Below the pieces are notes generated by a model that saw only the letters and a program-made list of their open reading frames with translations, was not told where the DNA came from and searched no databases. Source: Acidobacteriota bacterium (GTDB lineage: Bacteria > Acidobacteriota > Vicinamibacteria > Vicinamibacterales > SCN-69-37). From it: 64,000 bases of DNA. Made by a program: the position numbers and the translations under genes. Location: positions 54,172 to 118,171 of the forward strand of contig CANIII010000011.1 of the NCBI GenBank assembly GCA_947467605.1. The letters run 5' to 3'. Positions 27,022-34,952 of this stretch are shown piece after piece; the stretch's first letter is position 1; every line of letters begins with the position of its first letter.

Positions 27022-29655
27022 CTATTTCACAGTCAGAATGCCGCGCAGCCGAATGTCTTTCGACGATGCGCCGATCATGAGGCGGAATTCGCCGGGCTCG
27101 ACCGTCCACTCCATCTTGTCGTCGAGCATCTTGAGCTGATCCGGACCGATCGCGAACGATACCTCGCGCGATTCGCCGGGCGCGAGCGCGATCCGCTGAA
27201 ACCCCTGCAGTTCGATCACCGGTCTTGCGAGTGACGCAATGACATCGCGCACGTACAGCTGCACGATTTCATCGCCGGACCGGCTGCCCGTATTCTTCAC
27301 CGTGCACGTCACCGTCGTTGTGCCCGTCGGCGTGATCGTCGGATCAGCGATGCGCAGACTCGAGTAGTCGAACGCGGTGTAGCTCAGCCCGTGACCGAAC
27401 GGGAACAGCGCCATCCCCGTGAGGTCGAGGTAGTCGTCGCCACGACCCGTCGGCTTGTGGTTGTAGCTCAGCGGCAGTTGCCCTTCGCTCATCGCAAACG
27501 TGATCGGCAGCCGGCCCGACGGGTTGTGATCACCGAACAGCACATCCGCGACCGCATGACCGCCTTGCTCACCGGGATACCAGACATCGAGCACCGCGTC
27601 GACTGAGTCAATCCAACGCGACATTCCGATCGCGCTGCCGCCAACAAGCATGACGACGACGGGCTTGCCCGTGGCGGCCACAGCGGCAATCAGTTCTTCC
27701 TGCAGGCCGGGCAACGTGATGAACGCGCGGTCGCGGAACTCGCCTTCTTCGAGGCCGGCAACGATCACGGTGGCGTCGCTCTCGCGCGACAGCGCCACGG
27801 CCTCGTCGATGCGGCGTCGCGCTGCAGTCGCGTTGTTGATCGCGCCAGCGTCCCACAGGAGTTTCAGCCGCGCATTGCCGGTGCTCTCGAAGTATTCGAG
27901 CTTCACGTCATGCGCGCTACCCGGCGCGAAGTTCACGGGCGCGGTGCGAGAGCCGTACGACGTCTTGATCCAGTTGTCGATCACGAGCGCGCCGTCCACC
28001 CAAAGGCGATAGCCGTCGTTCCCCTCGATCGTCAGCTGTCGCACCGTCTCGTTGGGTGCCGTGAGCATGCCGGTCCATCGCGCCGAGAACCAATCGAACG
28101 GAATCCCGCGGCCGGGCGAGTTCAGCGTCCATCGAAAATCTGCGCGCGAGTCGACGCGCGTGAGGCGCGGTGCGCCTTCCAGTCGGTTGTTGTCGAAATA
28201 CTGCGCGGTGAGTCCGCGCATCGTTTGGCCGTTCGACTGCGTTGACCAACGCTCCGCGGGGATGGCCACCGCGTTCTCGATCACGCGGCCTGGCCCGGGG
28301 GCGTGACGCACCATCGTGGTGCGGCTGACCGCGAGGCGGATCCCGTCGAGGATCGACACCACGCTGTTGCCGGGGCCGCTATAGCCGCCGAGTCGCGCCT
28401 CTGTGGCGTCGGTGCCGATGACGGTCAGTGATCCCAGCGACTTCGACAGCGGCAGTCGGCGGCGCTCGTTCTTGAGCAGCACGATCGAGGCGCGCGCGGC
28501 CGCGCGGGCGAGCGCCACGTGTTCAGCCGAGCCATTTGTGAGCGCGGCCTTCGACGCATCGACGTACGGTTGCTCGAAGAGACCGAGCTCGAACTTGGCG
28601 CGCAACACGCGCCACACGGCGGCGTCGATGACGTCAGACGGGATGAGTCCCTGCTGAAACGCTGACCAGTACGGGCGGTACTGCGCATACGCGCTCTGAA
28701 AGATCACATCGAGGCCCGACTTCAGCGCGTGGGCCGTGGCGCCCGGCGTGTTGGCCTCGGTCATGTGCAGCACGGTGGCGCCACCGGTGGCCGCCGCATC
28801 GGAAATGACAAACCCGCCGAAGTGCCAATCCCGTTTGAGCACGCCGTTCAGGAGGCCGGGATTCTGTGTGGCCGGCGCGCCGTCCACCGAGTTGTAGGCG
28901 GTCATGACCGAGCGCGCGCCCGCGTCGAGCGCGGCGAGGAACGGCGGGAAGTACCGCTCGCGCAACAGCCGCTCGTTGTGAAACACCGGATAGCTGTCGC
29001 GTCCGCCCTCGCCGTTGTTGACAACGAAATGCTTCGGTGTGGCGATGACGCCGGCAAATTCGAAGCCACCGACAAACGCCCGCGCCATTTCCGAGGTCAG
29101 CAGCGGGTCTTCGCCGAACGTCTCTTCAACCCGTCCCCAGCGCACATCGTCGGCAATGTTGATGACCGGCGAGAGCGCGTCGCGAATGCCGCGCGTGCGA
29201 GCCTCGGCAGCGGCGGCGCTGGCGACTGACCGCATCAGTGAGGTGTCCCAGGTGGCGGCCAGGCCGATCGCCTGCGGAAACATCGTCGCGCCCGGAGCTT
29301 TCAGCCCGTGCAGCGCTTCTTCAAACGGGATGATCGGAATGCCGAGACGGGTGCGCTCGACGAAGTACTTCTGGATCGCGTTGACGCGCTCCGCGTGCTG
29401 GCGCGCGTCCGTGCCGGAAATTTGCAGGCCGAAGATCCCATGGGAGTAATCGTTGGCCGCGTCATCCAGATCGCCGGGAATCATAAAGAGTTGCCAGAAC
29501 TTTTCTTCGAGCGTCATCCGACTGATCAGATCTTTCACGCGGTCGGCGATTGGCAACGCGGCGTTCTTGTACGGAGGTGGCTCCGGTGCTTGCGCGATCA
29601 ATCCCCCAACAGAGAGCACGAGGATCGCGGCTGCGAGGCGAACAGTGCGCATCAC
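27022..29655 (-). CDS. Glycoside hydrolase family 3 beta-glucosidase with an inserted PA14 domain
   Basis: An 877-aa ORF with a signal peptide. The GH3 N-terminal domain shows GIRDALSPVINIADDVRWGRVEETFGEDP and KHFVVNNGEGGRD. The nucleophile region is GFVISDAAA. A PA14-like segment is present (LTAQYFDNNRLEGAPRLTRVDSRADFRW...GYRLWVDG). The C-terminus has an Fn3-like domain. Confidence 0.9.
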   Translation of the reverse strand: MMRTVRLAAAILVLSVGGLIAQAPEPPPYKNAALPIADRVKDLISRMTLEEKFWQLFMIPGDLDDAANDYSHGIFGLQISGTDARQHAERVNAIQKYFVERTRLGIPIIPFEEALHGLKAPGATMFPQAIGLAATWDTSLMRSVASAAAAEARTRGIRDALSPVINIADDVRWGRVEETFGEDPLLTSEMARAFVGGFEFAGVIATPKHFVVNNGEGGRDSYPVFHNERLLRERYFPPFLAALDAGARSVMTAYNSVDGAPATQNPGLLNGVLKRDWHFGGFVISDAAATGGATVLHMTEANTPGATAHALKSGLDVIFQSAYAQYRPYWSAFQQGLIPSDVIDAAVWRVLRAKFELGLFEQPYVDASKAALTNGSAEHVALARAAARASIVLLKNERRRLPLSKSLGSLTVIGTDATEARLGGYSGPGNSVVSILDGIRLAVSRTTMVRHAPGPGRVIENAVAIPAERWSTQSNGQTMRGLTAQYFDNNRLEGAPRLTRVDSRADFRWTLNSPGRGIPFDWFSARWTGMLTAPNETVRQLTIEGNDGYRLWVDGALVIDNWIKTSYGSRTAPVNFAPGSAHDVKLEYFESTGNARLKLLWDAGAINNATAARRRIDEAVALSRESDATVIVAGLEEGEFRDRAFITLPGLQEELIAAVAATGKPVVVMLVGGSAIGMSRWIDSVDAVLDVWYPGEQGGHAVADVLFGDHNPSGRLPITFAMSEGQLPLSYNHKPTGRGDDYLDLTGMALFPFGHGLSYTAFDYSSLRIADPTITPTGTTTVTCTVKNTGSRSGDEIVQLYVRDVIASLARPVIELQGFQRIALAPGESREVSFAIGPDQLKMLDDKMEWTVEPGEFRLMIGASSKDIRLRGILTVK

Positions 29656-29669
29656 GCGATCGTATCGCG

Positions 29670-30413
29670 TCAGTGGCGTGACGCTCGCAGCACCGTCGCC
29701 ACGGATGTTCGGGCCACGACAGTAAATGGCGCGCTGACGCCGATGGTCTTCCGCGTGCCAACCGCCAGAAGCTCTGCCGCATAGGCGCCGGGCCAGACCG
29801 CTTCGAACCGAAACTCACCGTTGGCACCCGTCGTGGTCGTGCCCACGATGACCATGCTGACCGCATCGCGCAACTGCACTTCTGCGCCAGCGATCGGGCC
29901 GTCGGTATCGGCGAGTGCGACGCCGACGACGATGCCGCGTGGGGCGAGTGACACGAGGACCGTGCGCTCCTCGTTGCGGTGGATCAGATATGGGGGACTC
30001 GCAGCCAGGACCTGACGAACGTCCGCCGACACGTACTCGACCACGTATTGACCCGGCGGCACGTCTTTGAACACAAACTCGCCGACCCGGTCGGTGACGC
30101 CAATCATCACGACGCCCGCGCTCCCGGTGTCGCGCAACTCCACGCGCGCACGTGCAATCGGCCGATTGTCGACGCCCCAGACGAGGCCCGTGAAGCTGCC
30201 GAGCGTGTCGCGATCTGGAGCGTCGCTATCGAGAAACACCCGCGCGCTCACGCGCGCGGCAGACACGACCGTGACGGGCGCGCTCGTGCCGAGCACTCGA
30301 CCGGTCTTGAAGTCGACGCACTCGACGAAGTACGTGCCGGGTGTGACGCGATCGAAGGAGAATCCGCCGGTCTTGCCAACTTCGCTGCGTTTGCGCCTGA
30401 CGGTTGCACGTCC
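29670..30413 (-). pseudogene. 5'-truncated gene of tandem carboxypeptidase-regulatory-like (CarboxypepD_reg) domains
   Basis: Only the C-terminal ~248 aa of ORF 29670..30803 look real: three repeats of the pattern G.V.d....PiagA.V.L.d......tTd..GeF.F..v.PG.Y.v. Everything upstream of ~30413 is Arg-rich antisense of the hydrolase fragment. No signal peptide or credible start is present. Confidence 0.6.
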
Positions 30414-30416
30414 GTG

Positions 30417-30890
30417 GGTGGCTTTACCAATGATGAAGAAGGCGCCGTGAAGTTCCGGCAGGTCGACGGCCCGAAGATGTTCGAGGACTTCGTCGCGTCG
30501 TACGACTGGTTGAAAGCGCGGCCCGAGAGCACCGGCAAGATGGGCGCTGTCGGTTTCTGTTTCGGTGGCGGCGTCGTTAATCACCTGGCGTGGTTGAAGA
30601 CCGATATGTCGGCTGGCGTGCCGTTCTACGGCGCGGTACCGAGCCCCGCCGACATTGCGAAGATCAAGGCTGCGATGCAGATTCATCACGGCGAGGCCGA
30701 CACGCGAATGGCCGCAAGCTGGCCCGACTACGACAAGGCGCTGACGGCCGCTGGCGTGCCGCACGAAGGCTTCATCTATGCGGGCGCGCAGCACGGCTTC
30801 CATAACGACACGACGCCGCGCTACGACGAGAAAGCCGCCAAGCAGGCGTGGGAACGCACGATCGGCTGGTTCAATAAGTACCTGCGCTGA
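30417..30890 (+). pseudogene. 5'-truncated dienelactone hydrolase family gene (C-terminal ~157 aa only)
   Basis: Only the tail of ORF 29979..30890 is DLH-like. It reads NDEEGAVKFRQVDGPKMFEDFVASYDWLKARPESTGKMGAVGFCFGGG...HHGEAD...GAQHGFHNDTTPRYDEKAAKQAWERTIGWFNKYL. The Cys and His catalytic contexts are present. The N-terminal half of the fold is missing, because the upstream DNA encodes the opposite-strand CarboxypepD_reg repeats. Confidence 0.6.
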
Positions 30891-30904
30891 CCTATCATCC
30901 CCGC

Positions 30905-32656
30905 ATGTGGAGCAAACTGACGGAGCTGCGGTGGAAAGCCTTCCCGTTCATTGTGCTCACGGCGATTGCCGCCGTGGGCGTGCAGCGATACTGCGGGATC
31001 CACGCGCAAGACCCGACGCCCGCCGCGCCGAAACTCATGGTCGGACGCTCCAAAGTCATGACCAAGTACGGCATCGTCGCCGCCAGCCAACCGCTGGCGG
31101 CGCTGGCCGGCACGCACATCCTGGAACGCGGTGGCAACGCGATCGATGCGGCCATTGCTGCGAACGCTGTCATGGGACTCGTCGAGCCGTACTACAACGG
31201 CATCGGCGGCGACCTGTTCGTCACCTACTACGAAGCCAAGACCAAGAAGCTGTACGGACTCAACGCCGGCGGATGGGCGCCGAGCGGATTTACGCCCGCG
31301 TACCTGCGCTCAAAAGGCGTGACGCGCGGCATCAGCGGCGCGTTCTCAGTCACCGTGCCCGGCGCGGTCAAGGGCTGGGAGATGATGCGCGCGCGCTTCG
31401 GCACACTACCCATGTCGGATCTGCTGCAGTCCGCGATCTTCTATGCCGACGATGGGTTTCCCGTGACGGATGTCATCGCCGACGAGTGGTCGGCGCCGGC
31501 GCAGGTGCGCAAACTCGCCGCCGATCCCGGATCGACACAAACATTCCTGTTCAATGGCAAGGGACCGAACGCCGGACAGATCGTGAAGAACCCCGACCTC
31601 GCAAACACGTTTCGGTTAATCGCGGCGAAAGGTCCTGCCGGTTTCTACGAAGGCAAGACCGCCGACGCGATCCTGTCCGTGCTGAACGCGAAGGGCAACA
31701 CGATGACCGCCGCGGACCTGAAGGACTACCAGCCGGAATGGGTCGAGCCGATCTCGACGACGTACCGAGGGTGGACGGTGTACGAACTGCCGCCGAACAC
31801 GCAGGGCATTGCCGCGCTGATGATGCTCAACATGATGGAGCAGTACCCGATCACGGAGTACGGCCTCACGAGCACCAAGGCGATGCACGTGATGATCGAG
31901 TCGAAGAAACTCGCGTACGCCGACATGCTGCGGTATGTGGCCGATCCGAAATTCGCCACGGTGCCGGTCCTGCCGATGCTGAGCAAGGAGACGGGCAAGT
32001 CGCGCGCGGCATTGATCAATCCGGCGAAGGCTGCGTGCACGGTCGAGCCGTCGAAGTTTGCGGGCCTGACCGAATCCGGCGGTGGCGACACGATCTACCT
32101 CTCCGTCATTGATCAGGACGGCAACATCGTCTCGCTCATTCAGAGTTTGTATTCTGCGTTCGGCAGCGGCATCACGGCGCCAGGCACCGGCGTGATGCTC
32201 CACAACCGCGGCGGTCTGTTCACGATGGAAGACGGTCATCCGAATCAGATCGCGCCGCGCAAACGTCCGCTGCACACGATCATTCCGGCGTTCATGGAAA
32301 AGGGCGACGTAAAGATCGGCTTCGGCATCATGGGCGGCTTCAATCAGGCCCAGGCCCACGCGCAATTCGTGTCGGACGTCGTCGACTTCGGTCTCGACGT
32401 GCAGCAAGCGCTCGAAGTCGGCCGGTTCACGAAGGGCTCATTCACTGGCTGCGATGTCGACGTCGAATCGCTCGTACCCGACGCGACGCGCAAAGCACTG
32501 CAGGCCATGGGCCACATCGTGCGCACGATCCCGCCACGATCAGGGACATTTGGTTACGGACAAGACGTGATGAGCGACGGCACCGGCGTGCACTACGCAG
32601 GGTCAGAGCCGAGACACGACGGCGCCGCGATCCCGCAGCAGCCCAGGATCAAATAA
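30905..32656 (+). CDS. ggt: Gamma-glutamyltransferase
   Basis: A 583-aa ORF with an N-terminal signal/TM segment. It contains GGNAIDAAIAANAVMGLVEPYYNGIGGD, the autoprocessing/nucleophile site GGDTIYLSVIDQDGN and the GFGIMGG motif. Confidence 0.9.
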   Translation: MWSKLTELRWKAFPFIVLTAIAAVGVQRYCGIHAQDPTPAAPKLMVGRSKVMTKYGIVAASQPLAALAGTHILERGGNAIDAAIAANAVMGLVEPYYNGIGGDLFVTYYEAKTKKLYGLNAGGWAPSGFTPAYLRSKGVTRGISGAFSVTVPGAVKGWEMMRARFGTLPMSDLLQSAIFYADDGFPVTDVIADEWSAPAQVRKLAADPGSTQTFLFNGKGPNAGQIVKNPDLANTFRLIAAKGPAGFYEGKTADAILSVLNAKGNTMTAADLKDYQPEWVEPISTTYRGWTVYELPPNTQGIAALMMLNMMEQYPITEYGLTSTKAMHVMIESKKLAYADMLRYVADPKFATVPVLPMLSKETGKSRAALINPAKAACTVEPSKFAGLTESGGGDTIYLSVIDQDGNIVSLIQSLYSAFGSGITAPGTGVMLHNRGGLFTMEDGHPNQIAPRKRPLHTIIPAFMEKGDVKIGFGIMGGFNQAQAHAQFVSDVVDFGLDVQQALEVGRFTKGSFTGCDVDVESLVPDATRKALQAMGHIVRTIPPRSGTFGYGQDVMSDGTGVHYAGSEPRHDGAAIPQQPRIK

Positions 32657-32784
32657 CAAACCCTTCAACATGGGGGGCCATGAAGGGCCATGGGGAAGAT
32701 TTTCAAAGAGCTCTTCGAAAATCTGTCGATGTTGGTGTTGATCTTCCCTATGGCCCTCCATGGCCCTCCATGTTGAAGGGTTTG
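32657..32784. repeat. Long-palindrome intergenic repeat, copy A (128 bp)
   Basis: The 44-nt arms at 32657-32700 and 32741-32784 pair at 41/44 positions (aligned by hand). They flank the 28-nt core TTTCAAAGAGCTCTTCGAAAATCTGTCG at 32701-32728. The element exactly fills the gap between the ggt stop (32656) and the convergent gene's stop (32785). Confidence 0.9.
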
Positions 32785-34893
32785 TCATCTGCCGACCATG
32801 CGGCGCACGGCGGCGATGTCGGCTTGCATCGATGGCGGCGCGGTGCGGATGAACTGATCGGCATACACGCGCGCTTCGTCGATGCGGCCCGATTGGGCGA
32901 GGGCGCCGATCAGGTTGTACATCGCATCGAATGACGAGCCGTCGATGGTGACGGCGCGCTTCCAGCTGTCGATCGCGTCGTTCGGACGCTTCGTTTGTGC
33001 GAAAAGCGCACCGAGCGCGTTGAACGCATCTGGGAGCGACCCGTCCACCGCGAGCGCCTTGCGCAGTGACGCTTCCGCATTCACGAAGTCTTTGGCCTGC
33101 AACTGCGACACGCCGATGTTCTGGTATCCAACGGCGCTCTTGGGATCTACGGCAATCAGATGCTGGAACGTCCTGATGGCGTCGGCTGATCGCCCCGACA
33201 TTTGATACGCGTTGCCGAGCGCGATCAGCGCGTCTGGATCATCGCCGGCGAACGACGAGAGCAGTTGAATGGCTTTCGCCGGCTGTCCCGACTGCGCAAG
33301 ATATTCACCGAGTTTGATCTTCACTTCGCTCTGCGTGACGCCTGCGCGCAGCGCCGCTTCGAGTGTGCTGATCGCATCGGCGGGCCGGCCCGTACGCCAG
33401 TAGACGAGTGCGAGCTTGCGATACGCATCCTCCGTATCTGCGCGTCGTGCGATCACACTCTTGTACATGGCGATCGCCTCGTCCACCTTGCCTCCCCGAA
33501 AGGCGGTCATGGCGCTGGTCATGGTCTGTTCCAGTTCAATCAGCTTCTTGGGATCGTCGGCTTCGGTGTATTTCTCACGCAACGCGGCGGCACCGCCGCC
33601 GATGTAGCCGAGGGACCGCAACGCTTCCACGGTATCTGCCGTCTCGGCCTGCGGTTTACCTGGAGGCGCCACGTTGAAGCTCTTGAGCGTGTTCAGCAGC
33701 ACCTGCCCGCGCGTGTTCTCGGTCGCGACAATGTTGCGGAGTTCCTTGGTGTCAGCCTGCAGATCGTAGAGTTCCGCGATGGGCAGATCGATGAACTTGT
33801 CGCGGCCGACGAGCACGCCGCGCAGTGGTGCCCAGCCGCGCGCGAGGTTCGCGCTCATCGCTTCGAAGTACGACGGCCGATCCGCGCCGGTGCGTGATGC
33901 AATCAACTCTCGCAGGGACGCGCCGGCAATGCCGGTCGCAGCCGGTGCCGTCACCGCTTCGAGCACCGTCGGCAGAATATCGACATGACGGACGGGCGAT
34001 GTCACCGTCACGCCGCCGGGCACGGCCGTCTGTGAGCCGCCGACTTCCGCGATGATCATCGGCACATGCAGCGTCGACTCGTACGCGAAGAGGCTGTGCG
34101 TCAGCTCGCCATGATCGCCGAGGCCCTCGCCGTGATCGGCTGTAACGATGACCAGTGTGGAGCGGGGAAGTGTGGCGAGTCGGTCGAACAGCACGCCGAG
34201 CGCGAAGTCGGTGTACGAGACCTCCGCGAGATAGGGATCCGACGGAAACTTCGCGGCCCACTCCGGAGGGGCGGCGTACGGCGCGTGTGGGTCATACACA
34301 TGTGCCCACGTAAACCACTTGCCCGGTTGCTGGCCGATCCAGCTGAGCGCTGATGCCACGACAGCGTCCGCGCGTCGTTCCCGCTCGCCCGCCTCCGCCA
34401 AGGCTACGGCGGACAGGCCCGGTGTCCCTGGCACTGCGAGGTTGTCGTCGTAGGTGTCGAAGCCGACGTTGAGGCCGAAGCGATGATCGAGTGGAAAGCC
34501 GCCGACAAACGCGCCGGTGGCAAACCCCTGCGCTTTCAACAGCGTGGCGATCGTGGGTGTCGTCTGCGGAAAGCGATAGCCCGTGTTGTCGCGGATGCCG
34601 TGCTCGTACGGATAGCGGCCACTGAGAATCGATGCGTGTGACGCGAGCGTCACGACGGCGTGGGCGTGCGCGAAGTCAAACTTCGCCCCGCGCGCGGCCA
34701 ATCGGTCGAGATTCGGCGTCGTGGCACGTCCCCCGTACGCGCCGAGAGCGTCGGCGCGCAGCGTGTCGATGGTAACGAGCAGAACGTTACGATCGACGTT
34801 GGGCACGAGGGCAAATTCAGGTGTTCGCGTGAACCACCAGGCCGCCCCCGAGAGAGCCGCCAGCGCCAGAACGATCAGGGCTTTTCGAGCCAT
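32785..34893 (-). CDS. Sulfatase-fold (alkaline-phosphatase superfamily) domain protein with a C-terminal TPR array
   Basis: A 702-aa ORF with an N-terminal TM segment. The sulfatase-type N-terminus reads LLVTIDTLRADALGAYGG...NLDRLAARGAKF. The nucleophile position reads TLASH rather than CxPxR. The motif VTADHGEGLGDHGE is present. The C-terminal ~280 aa contain TPR repeats (e.g. AIAMYKSVIARRADTEDAYRKLALVYW). Confidence 0.85.
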   Translation of the reverse strand: MARKALIVLALAALSGAAWWFTRTPEFALVPNVDRNVLLVTIDTLRADALGAYGGRATTPNLDRLAARGAKFDFAHAHAVVTLASHASILSGRYPYEHGIRDNTGYRFPQTTPTIATLLKAQGFATGAFVGGFPLDHRFGLNVGFDTYDDNLAVPGTPGLSAVALAEAGERERRADAVVASALSWIGQQPGKWFTWAHVYDPHAPYAAPPEWAAKFPSDPYLAEVSYTDFALGVLFDRLATLPRSTLVIVTADHGEGLGDHGELTHSLFAYESTLHVPMIIAEVGGSQTAVPGGVTVTSPVRHVDILPTVLEAVTAPAATGIAGASLRELIASRTGADRPSYFEAMSANLARGWAPLRGVLVGRDKFIDLPIAELYDLQADTKELRNIVATENTRGQVLLNTLKSFNVAPPGKPQAETADTVEALRSLGYIGGGAAALREKYTEADDPKKLIELEQTMTSAMTAFRGGKVDEAIAMYKSVIARRADTEDAYRKLALVYWRTGRPADAISTLEAALRAGVTQSEVKIKLGEYLAQSGQPAKAIQLLSSFAGDDPDALIALGNAYQMSGRSADAIRTFQHLIAVDPKSAVGYQNIGVSQLQAKDFVNAEASLRKALAVDGSLPDAFNALGALFAQTKRPNDAIDSWKRAVTIDGSSFDAMYNLIGALAQSGRIDEARVYADQFIRTAPPSMQADIAAVRRMVGR

Positions 34894-34952
34894 TGGGAGA
34901 CAAGCTTAGAACAATTGCCCGGGCGACCTGCTTGCTCCTACACTGCAGAGGC

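Noticed and set aside
30778-32112. A 444-aa alternative-frame ORF overlaps ggt.
   Set aside because: Its composition is dominated by Arg, His and Asp. The ggt frame carries all the family motifs.
34893-34952. The upstream extension of the VWA ORF (MGDKLRTIARATCLLLHCRG) abuts the divergent sulfatase-TPR start.
   Set aside because: The signal peptide begins at ATG 34953. The extension would start directly adjacent to the divergent gene's start codon and has no signal-like character.
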